DNA of 40,071 nucleotides from a virus (lineage: Duplodnaviria; Caudoviricetes): IMG/VR virus record IMGVR_UViG_3300035562_000123, positions 1 to 40,071 of that record; one strand, given 5' to 3'. Positions within the stretch are counted from its first letter, which is position 1; every line of letters begins with the position of its first letter. The notes below the pieces were generated by a model, which saw only the letters and a program-made list of their open reading frames with translations, was not told the DNA's origin and did no database searches. This document shows positions 18,805-27,890 of this stretch, piece by piece. Position numbers and translations under genes: made by a program.

Positions 18805-20028
18805 TTATTTTTTCCAGTATTCGGCGAAGGCTTTGTTCAGCGCTGCCGGTGAGTTGCGGTTTTGATGGTCGAAGGTGCGCAGCTGGGCTGCGGGCTGGTT
18901 GGCACGCTTGGCGATTTCGCTGGCCGCGGTAAATGCGGCATCCAGCGACGCTTTCGGCATGGTTTTAAAATCGGGCTTGTCGCCGACCAATGGGACAAGG
19001 ATCTGTGCGCCTTTTTGCGTGCGGAATGCAGCATCGAGCACTTCGCGTTTAAACGTCGCCAGCTTTCCACCCTCAGGCAGCTTGATCCCCGGAACCAGCA
19101 ATTCAGCCCGGGCGATCACCGCCTGCTGATAGCCGGCGTCGGTGGTGGCCTTTTTCTTTTCCTCTTCGTCGTCATCGTCGCCGGGTTCGCCGTCGTTCGT
19201 GCCGCCGCCTTCCAATTTATCCAGGCGCGCGAGAATGGCTTGCGCCCAAGCAGGCACATCCTCCTCGCCGTCTTTGGTAATGCCCGGGCCGCCGCCCATC
19301 TCGGGATCCTTATCCGGGAGTGGGTATTGCGGGCTGATGTTGATGTTGATGGCCTTCGGCAAATCACCCCCGCCCTCGCCATCATCGGTGGTGAGTTCGG
19401 CCGGCGCATTACTCATGGCCTCTTCGATCGCCGCGTTGTCTTTGGTTTTCAGCGCGCGGCGCAGCGAATCAAACCACGTTTTTTTAGTTGCCATTGTTCT
19501 GCTATCTCCAATTGAACAGCGGATTCCCGCGCGGCCGGCAGGAACCAGCGCGACATGATTGCCGACAATGTCGTATTGCTCGGCTTTTCCCGGGGCCGTC
19601 TGCCGATATTCGGCGTCATACCCGCAGGAGATTTGATCCACGCCCTGATAAATCGCCTGGATGGCCTCGCTGCTTTTAACAACGAGATCTGCCAGCAACA
19701 AATCCGACTGTTCGCCGGTGCCGCGGCGGATATTGGTCGCGTGGCCGTGGGCGTTCTCCCGCCAGTTCGACGGGTTGACCATTTGCTCAGGGTGTAAAAC
19801 GGTGAACGTCATCCCCTCGAATGAGGCGATCGTCTCTGGGCGGAAAACTTCTTCGGGGGAGCGATAAACGGAAATTTCGCCATCGCTGTCAGGCTCGATC
19901 TCGTCGAGTTCTGCGGCGTTGTAGACCTGCCAGCCAACCCGAGCGATCGGTACGGCTTCGCACAATAGGGAGCCGTCGGCTAACTCGTAACGGGTGTTAC
20001 CGAGCCGGGTATTAAAGAAATATTTCAT
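18805..20028 (-). CDS. Prohead protease/scaffold, DUF2213-like
   Basis: 407 aa; VPIARVG, ISCGYDA, NHVALV..GRAG motifs; acidic scaffold C-terminus. Confidence 0.9.
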   Translation of the reverse strand: MKYFFNTRLGNTRYELADGSLLCEAVPIARVGWQVYNAAELDEIEPDSDGEISVYRSPEEVFRPETIASFEGMTFTVLHPEQMVNPSNWRENAHGHATNIRRGTGEQSDLLLADLVVKSSEAIQAIYQGVDQISCGYDAEYRQTAPGKAEQYDIVGNHVALVPAGRAGIRCSIGDSRTMATKKTWFDSLRRALKTKDNAAIEEAMSNAPAELTTDDGEGGGDLPKAININISPQYPLPDKDPEMGGGPGITKDGEEDVPAWAQAILARLDKLEGGGTNDGEPGDDDDEEEKKKATTDAGYQQAVIARAELLVPGIKLPEGGKLATFKREVLDAAFRTQKGAQILVPLVGDKPDFKTMPKASLDAAFTAASEIAKRANQPAAQLRTFDHQNRNSPAALNKAFAEYWKK

Positions 20029-20031
20029 GGG

Positions 20032-20790
20032 TTATTTTTCCGGGATGACAACTTCGCAGTAACAGCGGCAGTTAGGCAGCGCGCCGGCGTGGCCGGTCAT
20101 GCCGTCAAGCGTCGGCGGGTCACCCCAGCGGACGAATTTTCCTTCCATTTTGGCGTGAGAGTGTCTGACGTCGCCGTCGTGTGCTGTTCGCCAGATGTAA
20201 CCCTCGGAGCCAATAGCGGTCGCCCGGGCTTGCGTCAGCGCCTGCGTGGCGCGGCCTATTTCCGTCCTGGCGATCAGCTTCGCGCGTGACCAGGCAACAT
20301 CGCCGCTTCGGAAAATTTCAGCGGCAAAATCTTTGCTGCGCTCGCCTCTGATCATCGCCTCAATGGCGCGGGCGTGGATCCCGCTCACCCGGTCAGCAGC
20401 ATGCAGCGGCAGCGATTTCATCAGCTTGATGTTCTCCTCAACGATATTTCGCGCCACCTGGCCTACTGATGTGCTATCCATCTGAAAACGCAGCCCCGCA
20501 GAAATTTCCTGCGAGATCTGGCGCCACTGCGTCGCCTCTCGGCGCGCGACGGCATCAAACATTTTCAGGGCAACGGATTCCGCCCAGGGGGCGATCAGTT
20601 CGGAGTAACGGGTCAGGCGGGTGTTGATGAGGATGACGGAATTATCGGAACCATCGTAAGAAGTCGAGACGATGTCCCCGACCACCTGCGCTATCTTTCG
20701 TAGCTGCGTTGCGTACTGGCGCTGTAGCCCCTTCGGCGTCTGGGTCGAGATCGTTGCCCTCGAACGCCGGCGGGTCGATGTCCTGCGCAT
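20032..20790 (-). CDS. Minor head morphogenesis protein (SPP1 gp7/Mu gpF family)
   Basis: 252 aa; LIARTE, YIWRT..DGDVR.SH, NCRC motifs; GAGG RBS; 149-nt overlap with portal. Confidence 0.9.
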   Translation of the reverse strand: MRRTSTRRRSRATISTQTPKGLQRQYATQLRKIAQVVGDIVSTSYDGSDNSVILINTRLTRYSELIAPWAESVALKMFDAVARREATQWRQISQEISAGLRFQMDSTSVGQVARNIVEENIKLMKSLPLHAADRVSGIHARAIEAMIRGERSKDFAAEIFRSGDVAWSRAKLIARTEIGRATQALTQARATAIGSEGYIWRTAHDGDVRHSHAKMEGKFVRWGDPPTLDGMTGHAGALPNCRCYCEVVIPEK

Positions 20791-22105
20791 TTTCGATGTC
20801 CTCGTCGGTGATGGTTGAACCCACGCCGGTGATCCGTGACGATTCCTTCAACTGCTGCGCGCCGGCTTTTAGCGTCATCAGCCCAGCGTCGACGGCTTTC
20901 GTCACCGCATCAACCGTGTTCACGGCCACGCCTGCGCGATCGGGTTCGCTCATCTGCCACAGCGGATTAAATTCGAAGGCGAAATCGTCCGGTAATGGCC
21001 GGCTGAACAGCGACATGTGCAGCACCTGCATGACTTTATGCAGCGGGCGGCGCAGCCGGCGCTCCTGCTGTGTGCTGACGTTGTCGTAGTAGTTGGAGAG
21101 GTCGGTTTCACCGGTCGAGAATCCGGCCGGTGACTGGCCGAATAGGCGCACCAGTGGAATTCCTACCGCGCCGGCGACCTGCTGGCCGAACTGCGCTAGA
21201 ACGTCGGACAGCCCTGCGAACGTGTAGCTGTGGGTCGCGAATTCGTCCTCCGCATCCATGACCGTCATCCCTTCGATACTTTGGTACTGACGGATCATGT
21301 CCATGTGGGCCATCAGCCCTTTGTAAGCAGCGGTGTTCTGCCCCATGCCCAGCACTGAACGCAGACCTTTTATCGAATAGGTTCGCAGGTGCGCTTTATA
21401 GACCAGCTGCGCGGCGCCGGTGGTGGCGCTATCGAATGCCATCAGACGATCGAAGATACGCTCAACCACCGATTGCCCCCAATCGTTCTCGGTGAGCATC
21501 TGCTGGTAAGGCAGCGTGACGCCGTCGAAACGAATGATGCGGCTGTAGTGGATTTTCCACGGGGGGATCCCGGTGGCCGTTGTCACTACCTGATAAAATT
21601 TTGGTGTGCCGAAATCCGGCCCCATGTCGGTAACGCGGTCTTGCGTGGTCGGGGTAACCATCCAGCGATCGAGGACCATCACGCCGCGGAACGCGCCCGG
21701 GCCGACCGTTTCCATGCGCATCGGCGAGCTCATGTCCTGCCCGTCAATCATGATGACGCCGATCGCGCCGCCATAGAGTCGGCCCCACTTAATCGTATCG
21801 TTCAGGCGATCCCAGAGCGCCAATTCCTCCCAGGCGTTATCCAGCTTGGATTTTTCTTCAGGCTTCAAACCGCCGGTGATCGTGATGCCCTTGCGGGTCA
21901 TGTCATCAGCGACGGCATCCACGGCCACGCCCACCAGCCAGGAGCTGCGATAGGCGTTCTCGATCTGCAGGCGGTTGCGGCTGGTCCAGTTCGGCTGATA
22001 GGTGCCGTCGCTGCTCATATTGGGCGTGCGAAGCCCCAGGCGCGCCGTGAAGTTCTGGTAACTGTCCCGGAACCACGCGCGCACCCCGTCTTTTTTTTGG
22101 CTCAT
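20642..22105 (-). CDS. Portal protein, DUF1073-like
   Basis: 487 aa; [28 protein letters not shown] motifs; follows terminase. Confidence 0.9.
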   Translation of the reverse strand: MSQKKDGVRAWFRDSYQNFTARLGLRTPNMSSDGTYQPNWTSRNRLQIENAYRSSWLVGVAVDAVADDMTRKGITITGGLKPEEKSKLDNAWEELALWDRLNDTIKWGRLYGGAIGVIMIDGQDMSSPMRMETVGPGAFRGVMVLDRWMVTPTTQDRVTDMGPDFGTPKFYQVVTTATGIPPWKIHYSRIIRFDGVTLPYQQMLTENDWGQSVVERIFDRLMAFDSATTGAAQLVYKAHLRTYSIKGLRSVLGMGQNTAAYKGLMAHMDMIRQYQSIEGMTVMDAEDEFATHSYTFAGLSDVLAQFGQQVAGAVGIPLVRLFGQSPAGFSTGETDLSNYYDNVSTQQERRLRRPLHKVMQVLHMSLFSRPLPDDFAFEFNPLWQMSEPDRAGVAVNTVDAVTKAVDAGLMTLKAGAQQLKESSRITGVGSTITDEDIENAQDIDPPAFEGNDLDPDAEGATAPVRNAATKDSAGGRGHRLDFLRWFR

Positions 22106-23403
22106 GCGTCTTGTCTACCCAATTGCGCCCAGGTGCCGAGGCCGTCGGAGCTGGTGATATAACCGTCCAGCGAGTAGCGCACCGCATCCCAGCAGTGGTT
22201 GTGTTTGTCGAGGACGATCGGTAACACCTCACCCGTGAGGCGGTCTGTTTTGTAGGAATAAAGCCGGGCCTCGTCGATCATGTGCTTGCAGCGCTCATGG
22301 ATGACGATTTCTTCGAAGCCGCGGAGGTAGGTGATCCCGTCCTCAACGCTGCCGGCCCATTTCGTGGCGCCGTCGATGTTGAAGCCTTGCCGCGCCATGT
22401 AGCTGATCGTTTCGGGGCGGCTGCAATCGCCATGAATCGGCCACTTGCGAGCCTCGGGGATCGAATCGTAAAACTGCGGCATTTCGTCCAGCTCAACGCC
22501 GACGCCGTAGGCTTCGTATTCGATGTAGAGTTTTCGCCCGATGATGAAGCAGCGGATCAGCGTTGAAGGGTCTTGCGAGAAGCCGAAGTCGGCGCCATAA
22601 AAAAGCCGGTCGGCCTGCAGATAGAGATCGTCAGGAAATGCCTCGACGCGATATTTTCCTGAGAAAATAACCGCCTCGCTGAGCGCCTTCGGCAGCCCTA
22701 ACCAGATGTGCTCATAGGCTTCATAGTCGACGCGCTTGCAATACTCCATTTCCTGCCGCAGCACGTCCGGGAAAAACGCGTTATCGGGATAATTGACCTG
22801 GCGAATAATGACGCCGCCGTCCGGTGGATCGACTTCGTGGCGCTTCATCAGGGTGTAGGTCGGGTCGGTGGCTTCCCGCGGGTTGTACGAAACCCAGACC
22901 TCGGAATTATTGGCGCGCACCGTCGGGCCGAGGGTGTCCCAGCTATCCTGGGAAACGGTCTGCGCTTCCTCCACCCAACAAATTTTGATGCCAAACATCG
23001 ATTTGATGGATTGCAGGTTGGTGCGCAGCCCTTTGAACGTGAAGCGGGTGCCGTTGCGCCCGGTGATCTCGTTATTTTTTACGGTGTAGAAATGGTTGAG
23101 GCCCAGGGCATAAATTTCGGCCTCAAGCAGCGCCAGCACAGAATCGCTGATTGAGTTCTGGAATTCGCGGGCGCAGAGAATGATCATCGGATCGATAGCG
23201 CCAAGGATAACCAGCGCGCGCGCAATCTCTACCGATTTACCACCGCCGCGGCCACCGTAGGTCCAGCGCCAGCGCACGGAACCGATCGGGGCGTCGTAAA
23301 GGACGTCTGTCGCCCAGTCACTGCTGAATGCGTACAGAACGCCGTCAATTATGACTGGGCCGTCGGCTTTCCCTCGCGCAGCTTTTCCATGTGAGTAGCC
23401 CAC
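22102..23403 (-). CDS. terL: Terminase large subunit, PBSX/P22-like; start uncertain, possibly expressed as TerS fusion
   Basis: Walker A GGRGGGKS, Walker B CWVEEA, YNP coupling motif, GADFG nuclease, NHCWDAVRY. Confidence 0.95.
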   Translation of the reverse strand: MGYSHGKAARGKADGPVIIDGVLYAFSSDWATDVLYDAPIGSVRWRWTYGGRGGGKSVEIARALVILGAIDPMIILCAREFQNSISDSVLALLEAEIYALGLNHFYTVKNNEITGRNGTRFTFKGLRTNLQSIKSMFGIKICWVEEAQTVSQDSWDTLGPTVRANNSEVWVSYNPREATDPTYTLMKRHEVDPPDGGVIIRQVNYPDNAFFPDVLRQEMEYCKRVDYEAYEHIWLGLPKALSEAVIFSGKYRVEAFPDDLYLQADRLFYGADFGFSQDPSTLIRCFIIGRKLYIEYEAYGVGVELDEMPQFYDSIPEARKWPIHGDCSRPETISYMARQGFNIDGATKWAGSVEDGITYLRGFEEIVIHERCKHMIDEARLYSYKTDRLTGEVLPIVLDKHNHCWDAVRYSLDGYITSSDGLGTWAQLGRQDA

Positions 23404-24080
23404 ACGTCCGCCGGGCAGTTCGCCGGGGTCACGATGCAGACCTTGCCGTAGCTCAGGCCGGCCAGATCGACATTCACCTCGGTTTTATTCGTGCTCATGT
23501 CGATGCCGGTCAGCTGCGCGGCATTCTTCACGTTCGGCGCGACCTGACCAAATTTTTTATTCTGCAGTGCCAACTGCGCAGATTTATACGACAGCTCTGC
23601 CAGGTGGCCAGCGTTGAAGGAAACCAACAGCGCAGCGTTATTGCGCAGCTCCTGCACGCGGGCTTTTACGTCCGGCCGGCTCATCAGGATTGAGGCTTGC
23701 GATTCGGCATTCGTCGGCGCGTAGCCTGCGCAAATCGCGGCCTCTTTCTGCGGCATGCCCTGCGCAATGTTCTGCGCAAATTGTTCATGCTGTGGTTTTA
23801 AAAGGCTTGGGCTTTCTTTGGCGCCCCCTTCCTCTTCGCCACCGACTTCCTGCGGCGCCTGTTTAGGTTCTGCGAGGCTTTGACCGTTTTGCGCACTCTG
23901 CGCACTGCGCACTATTTTCTGCGCACTTTGCGCATCATTCTGCGCAGGCAGTTTGATATAGCGTCGCGCGCTGGTGTAGTTAAGTCCCTTTGCCTCGCAC
24001 CATGCCTTGGGGGATATCTTCGTCTTGGCGTGCTCGCTGAGGAACTGATTCTGCAATGCCCCCCAATCCGGTTTTGCCAT
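23349..24080 (-). CDS. terS: Terminase small subunit
   Basis: 243 aa; MAKPDW HTH N-terminus, HEQFAQ...EAAICAGY motif; GGAGG RBS. Confidence 0.85.
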   Translation of the reverse strand: MAKPDWGALQNQFLSEHAKTKISPKAWCEAKGLNYTSARRYIKLPAQNDAQSAQKIVRSAQSAQNGQSLAEPKQAPQEVGGEEEGGAKESPSLLKPQHEQFAQNIAQGMPQKEAAICAGYAPTNAESQASILMSRPDVKARVQELRNNAALLVSFNAGHLAELSYKSAQLALQNKKFGQVAPNVKNAAQLTGIDMSTNKTEVNVDLAGLSYGKVCIVTPANCPADVWATHMEKLREGKPTAQS

Positions 24081-24196
24081 GATTCCTCCAAAATAAAAAA
24101 AGTCACCAGCCTCTACCCCACAGCGAGCCGGGTAGATTCGGTGACTTTGCTTTGCGCATTACACAACACCCGGATGGGCGCTCTGTGATGGGCAAT

Positions 24197-24219
24197 AAAA
24201 AAACCCGCTATAGCGGGTT
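24197..24219 (-). terminator. Intrinsic terminator
   Basis: Minus strand CCCGC-TATA-GCGGG-T7. Confidence 0.8.
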
Positions 24220-24243
24220 CAGTAATTGAGGAGCGTTGGCGTA

Positions 24244-24468
24244 TTAAGGTTTACTGGCATACATTGTCTTTATTTCATCAACCACTTTATCAATCGCCAG
24301 AATTGTTCTGGTCACATCTTTGTTGGCGTGGTCGACAAACCGATAAACTTCATTACCAGCCATTACTTTTTTTGCTCTAATAGCAATTTCGTCAACATCA
24401 TAACCAAGTTCAATCGCTGCGCCGAGAACCGCATGAACTGCTTGCTCCCATACTTGCTCTTGTGACAT
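24244..24468 (-). CDS. Small hypothetical moron protein (74 aa)
   Basis: MSQEQ start after AGGAG; followed by terminator. Confidence 0.65.
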   Translation of the reverse strand: MSQEQVWEQAVHAVLGAAIELGYDVDEIAIRAKKVMAGNEVYRFVDHANKDVTRTILAIDKVVDEIKTMYASKP

Positions 24469-24549
24469 TTTCCTTCTCCTTAATCGAACGAAGGATAACA
24501 ATACCACGGGTATTAATAGAATACCCCTGCGACCCGCAAGGTATGCAAC

Positions 24550-25086
24550 TCATCGCACATTCATCATGTCGAGGTGACGTATCGCCAGCAGTTGGTTATT
24601 CGCTTTGTCGAGCGCCGCCAGCAGCGGATCAATCCATAGCACCACCTGGCAGTATGTCAGGGTGCCGGAGGCAGTGGCGCCAGCACCGGTTGCGTCAGCG
24701 ACGATGGTATCGGCTGACATTGCGTGGGAACGTAGACGGTGCGTGTAGTTGAGCAACCCACCAGCAATAGCAGCGGGAACAGCCAGATCGCACGTCGGTT
24801 GATTCTTGAGGATCGTCCGGTATTCAATTTCTTTCCCCTGGGTGGCTGCGTCGGTGTTGATGCCGTACTTAGTCGCCGCGGTGCTGATTTCGTTGGCGCG
24901 CTGGAAATGAAACGCCTGTCTGGCGATTGTATTCGCCTGCAGGTCGTTATCGCTCTGAAGCTGCTTAACCTGCTCACCGGCCTTTACTGCGCTGCTGTGG
25001 AAGTGAAACGCCAACCTGCCGGCAACAATCAGCGCCACTAGCAGCAGTCCGATCGCCATCGTGCGGAAGCTGAATGAGGTGTTCAT
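24550..25086 (-). CDS. Rz: Inner-membrane spanin (Rz-like)
   Basis: 178 aa; N-terminal TM then coiled coil; follows endolysin. Confidence 0.85.
   Translation of the reverse strand: MNTSFSFRTMAIGLLLVALIVAGRLAFHFHSSAVKAGEQVKQLQSDNDLQANTIARQAFHFQRANEISTAATKYGINTDAATQGKEIEYRTILKNQPTCDLAVPAAIAGGLLNYTHRLRSHAMSADTIVADATGAGATASGTLTYCQVVLWIDPLLAALDKANNQLLAIRHLDMMNVR
24657..24827 (-). CDS. Rz1: Embedded outer-membrane spanin lipoprotein (Rz1-like)
   Basis: TTG start after AGGGG; lipobox LVG-C; Pro-rich 32-aa mature chain; +1 frame within Rz. Confidence 0.8.
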   Translation of the reverse strand: MNTGRSSRINRRAIWLFPLLLLVGCSTTRTVYVPTQCQPIPSSLTQPVLAPLPPAP

Positions 25087-25517
25087 GACAAAAACATCTC
25101 GCGCTCTGCCGCGCGACGCATCACCAGCCCTGGCATAACTTCACCTGCCGCCTTGCGCCATTTAGGGAATTCATCCGCTGCGCCTTGCACATCCCCAGCG
25201 TTGAATTTCTTCACCAGCGTTGATTGCGCGAAGTTCGGGCCGCCGATATTGAACGCCAGCGAGACCATAGCGTCAAACTGGTTCTGCGTCATCAGCCGCT
25301 TAATCGCGCTGTTGACCGTCAGCTCAAACACCGCCAAATCCTCGGAGAAAAATGATTCAGCCTGCTCCTGGGTGATGCGGTCGCCCTGCATCACGCCCTT
25401 GGTGTGGCCCCAACCAATCGTCCAGGGTTTGCCGCTGGTGCCGGGGTCTGGGTATGCCTTCAGGCGAAGCTGCTCAAAGCCCTTGATAAACTGACGACCA
25501 GTCTTACTTGTTTGCAT
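25083..25517 (-). CDS. Endolysin, GH24 lysozyme
   Basis: FE.LRLKAYPD...WTIGWGHT catalytic motif, QFDAMVSLAFNIG, GLVMRRAAE; likely start MQTS. Confidence 0.95.
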   Translation of the reverse strand: MQTSKTGRQFIKGFEQLRLKAYPDPGTSGKPWTIGWGHTKGVMQGDRITQEQAESFFSEDLAVFELTVNSAIKRLMTQNQFDAMVSLAFNIGGPNFAQSTLVKKFNAGDVQGAADEFPKWRKAAGEVMPGLVMRRAAEREMFLS

Positions 25518-25851
25518 CTTGATTGCCCCCACCGAAGCGATTACCCACGTAACCAGACAAGAACGAGCTGAGTTTCTTCACGCCGACAAAGCCGATGAAT
25601 CCACCGATGCCTACCGTTAAGGCTTTCGGCACGTCGAAGTAATCCAGGGCTGAGTAAGTGGTCAGCGCCAAGGCGCCACACATCAAGCCTTCGAATATGG
25701 TCTCTTTCCAACTGCTGCCTGAGTAGGCCATCCGCAAAACGGCCATAACAACGGCCATGATGACGCCACCAATCGGCACGTCACCGCGCCACCAGGCCGC
25801 AAGAATGTCGCTGAGCTCTGCCCAGTTGTGAGGGTTAGTTGGCATCTTCAT
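25504..25851 (-). CDS. Holin, lambda S-like, dual-start Met-Lys-Met
   Basis: 115 aa, three hydrophobic segments, MKM start, GGAGGTGGAG upstream. Confidence 0.9.
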   Translation of the reverse strand: MKMPTNPHNWAELSDILAAWWRGDVPIGGVIMAVVMAVLRMAYSGSSWKETIFEGLMCGALALTTYSALDYFDVPKALTVGIGGFIGFVGVKKLSSFLSGYVGNRFGGGNQDANK

Positions 25852-25892
25852 GACTCCACCTCCCGGTTATCGGGCTGTGCTGTAGTAAAACG

Positions 25893-25922
25893 AAAAAAAA
25901 GCCGAGCATTAGCTCAGCTTTT
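25893..25922. terminator. Imperfect bidirectional terminator-like hairpin
   Basis: A8-GCCGAGC-ATTA-GCTCAGC-T4. Confidence 0.5.
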
Positions 25923-25998
25923 GAATTATTTGCCTGTTAATTCCCAATCCTACATTTCGATGTTAACTTGAGGTTTCCACACCAGAAAGGGCATCAAA

Positions 25999-26292
25999 AT
26001 GAACGAAGAATTAGCAAACAAGATGTTTGAGCAGATCAATCAACTTCAGGAAGCCGCAAAAATTACTGCCGTAAGAACAGACCTACTGACTCACTTGCTG
26101 GGTTACGCTGTGATCATATCCCAGGCTGATCCAGAAACTCTTATTGAGCAACTCCAATTAATAGAGCCCACGTCAGAAATGCCGGGTCTAAGGGAAATGC
26201 TAAAAAATGAAAAACAACATATCGCTACTGAGTTAAGAAAAGTGATCGCAGTGAGGGACAAAGTTGTTCGCAGTCTAACCGACCAACCTTGA
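25999..26292 (+). CDS. Hypothetical helical moron protein on opposite strand
   Basis: 97 aa; AAGGG RBS; AT-rich; hairpin and pyrimidine run downstream. Confidence 0.7.
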   Translation: MNEELANKMFEQINQLQEAAKITAVRTDLLTHLLGYAVIISQADPETLIEQLQLIEPTSEMPGLREMLKNEKQHIATELRKVIAVRDKVVRSLTDQP

Positions 26293-26475
26293 AGCACTCC
26301 AATACCGAAGCCTCCTTGCGGGGCTTATTCGCTTTCATTTTTCTCTTTTCTTTTTTCTTATCTGACATATAAACCCCCAGTTCTATGGAAGATAATGTGG
26401 TTCAGCCACCAGCCGTAAACGCTGCCGGTAATAGGGTGTGCCGTGTGTGTCGTCCGTTGGCTGGGGCTGAAATGC

Positions 26476-26501
26476 AAAAGCCCCGCACGATGGCGAGGCT
26501 T
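26476..26501 (-). terminator. Intrinsic terminator after RNA cassette
   Basis: Minus strand AAGCCTCGC-CATCGT-GCGGGGCTTTT. Confidence 0.75.
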
Positions 26502-26509
26502 GAATGTTG

Positions 26510-26634
26510 TGTGGTGGCGGGACTCGAACCCGCACTCAGGATCAGCATTAGCATCATGCCTGCCCTGCCGGATAAACCGGTTGATGCCTTACTCTACCCA
26601 TCTAACCCGCGAGCGAGAATTGAGTTACACCACA
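26510..26634 (-). ncRNA. Enlarged tRNA-like RNA (125 nt)
   Basis: Acceptor TGTGGTG/CACCACA, TA, D-stem ACTC/GAGT, perfect T-arm GCGGG-TTCGAGT-CCCGC; D-loop and anticodon arm expanded; no CCA. Confidence 0.65.
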
Positions 26635-26758
26635 CAGGTAAGAGCACTGCTTAATTCAACAACTATCCGGCAAATTAGGTTTCTCAGGCCCACCTGATAG
26701 CTGCACACACTCCCGCGCTGACTATGACCCAGCGCTTGCAGTGCTCTTGCTTGTTGTG
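26631..26758 (-). promoter_or_regulatory. Long stem, putative RNase III processing site
   Basis: Minus CACAACAAGCAAGAGCACTGC...GCAGTGCTCTTACCTGTGTG; resembles a stem recalled from the lambda pR' late leader. Confidence 0.6.
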
Positions 26759-26795
26759 ATCAAAAGAGCTTGGCGATTTCCAGAAGTTTCATTTT

Positions 26796-26975
26796 TCAGT
26801 TAGAGGCAATAAGACGCGCCCCTCGCTTGACATCCAGGTAGCTTCTTTCAAAGTGAAATACTTCCAACACGCCGAACCAGTTTTTTTTAATTGCCGCCTT
26901 CCGCAATGCCCGATCATCACTCCACTGGCGCTTAAGTGTTCGAATTTGCCACCAGCGTTTTAAAGTGATAACCAA
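26796..26975 (-). CDS. Possible small basic hypothetical protein (start uncertain)
   Basis: LKRWWQIRTLKRQW... open frame between tRNA-Gly and the stem; weak TTG start. Confidence 0.3.
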   Translation of the reverse strand: MVITLKRWWQIRTLKRQWSDDRALRKAAIKKNWFGVLEVFHFERSYLDVKRGARLIASN

Positions 26976-27082
26976 TATTAATCTCGATATAGTTGGAAGG
27001 TGAATGGAGTGACAGCAAAGTATGCGCTGTTTAGGAGGTAGCGTCTGAACAAAAAATGCAACCTGCATTACGGCATCAACGT

Positions 27083-27157
<75 letters not shown>

Positions 27158-27159
27158 AT

Positions 27160-27240
27160 TGGTCCGCCATCGAGGTCTCGAACCCCGGCTCTTACTTCCT
27201 GTCACGAAGCAATGCTCTTGCCACGTTGAGCTAATGGCGG
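27160..27240 (-). tRNA. argN-like tRNA with remodelled anticodon arm (7-bp stem, loop GTGACAG); identity uncertain
   Basis: Acceptor CCGCCAT/ATGGCGG, GCTC/GAGC D-stem, T-arm CGGGG-TTCGAGA-CCTCG, A-CCA end. Confidence 0.7.
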
Positions 27241-27242
27241 TT

Positions 27243-27319
27243 TGGTGGCCCTTGCTGGGCTTGAACCAGCGACCGAGCGATTATGAGTCGCGCGCTCTAA
27301 CCAACTGAGCTAAAGGGCC
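27243..27319 (-). tRNA. ileZ: tRNA-Ile2 (CAT, lysidine type)
   Basis: GGCCCTTTAGCTCAG...CTCATAA...AAGGGCC-A-CCA; ileX/ileZ-type acceptor stem. Confidence 0.92.
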
Positions 27320-27338
27320 GAGGCGAGGATAAATGTTG

Positions 27339-27392
27339 TGTGGTGGCCGGCGCTTATCTTCGGCTTGTCTCGGTGGACTGCAATTCACCACA
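27339..27392 (-). ncRNA. C4/CI-like antisense RNA
   Basis: TGTGGTGAA-TTGCAGTCCACCGAGACAA-GCCGAAGATAAGCGCCGGC-CACCACA; complementary to minus-strand 36034-36068. Confidence 0.7.
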
Positions 27393-27456
27393 ACCGGAGA
27401 GTACCGTACATCACCGATAACTACCAGCAAAGCTCACCGGTACCCTTTCCGTTGTG
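27389..27456 (-). promoter_or_regulatory. Second putative RNase III processing stem
   Basis: Minus CACAACGGAAAGGGTACCG...CGGTACTCTCCGGTTGTG, directly 5' of the C4-like RNA. Confidence 0.6.
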
Positions 27457-27459
27457 CTG

Positions 27460-27732
27460 CTACCAGCGACGCTTCTCTGACTCGAATTTCTCGCTTAACG
27501 CGATACCGTCAGGCAACAGGGCCCAGGCGACGTAGAAGTCATGCGGTGACATTTCTTCCATCAGCCAAGTGTGAATACCAATGTGGTAAACCTCACCATC
27601 CTCTTCGAATGCCCGGATATGCCCTTCGTGCCACCCATCACAGGGATTGAGCACCAGCATGCCGTCGAGGTCAGCGGTCGGTAATTCGCTCGCCGGTCGG
27701 AAAACGAGGCTTTCGGTTACGTGCTTTGACAT
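27460..27732 (-). CDS. Small phage protein, DUF551-like
   Basis: 90 aa; PASELP...VAWALLP motifs; GGAG RBS. Confidence 0.65.
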   Translation of the reverse strand: MSKHVTESLVFRPASELPTADLDGMLVLNPCDGWHEGHIRAFEEDGEVYHIGIHTWLMEEMSPHDFYVAWALLPDGIALSEKFESEKRRW

Positions 27733-27751
27733 TTCTGGGCTCCAGAACGAC

Positions 27752-27772
27752 AAAAACCCGCTGCGTGCGGGT
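27752..27772 (-). terminator. tR'-like terminator
   Basis: Minus ACCCGC-ACGCA-GCGGGT-TTTT, about 45 nt after the pR' start. Confidence 0.8.
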
Positions 27773-27820
27773 CCAGGTAATCATTCGTAGTCTTCAGGCG
27801 AGATATGCCACCATTTAGAG

Positions 27821-27849
27821 AACTTACGCCAACTTTATGCAAAATGCAA
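27821..27849 (-). promoter_or_regulatory. pR'-like late promoter
   Basis: TTGCAT-17 nt-TAAGTT just downstream of Q, followed by a terminator. Confidence 0.75.
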
Positions 27850-27890
27850 TACCCTGCTTAAAAAATGTCGGCATCCGTGCCAAACGTGCT

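Noticed and set aside
20642-20790. Frameshift fusion at the 149-nt portal/gpF overlap
   Set aside because: gpF is in the +1 frame and has its own ATG with a GAGG SD
20642-22105. Portal as anti-CBASS Acb1
   Set aside because: Position and motifs fit a DUF1073 portal; no paired HxT phosphodiesterase domain seen
26385-26697. + strand ORFs of 89 and 84 aa
   Set aside because: Overlap the tRNA-like RNA, terminator and stem on the other strand
27243-27319. tRNA(CAT) as tRNA-Met
   Set aside because: Acceptor stem and context match lysidine tRNA-Ile2
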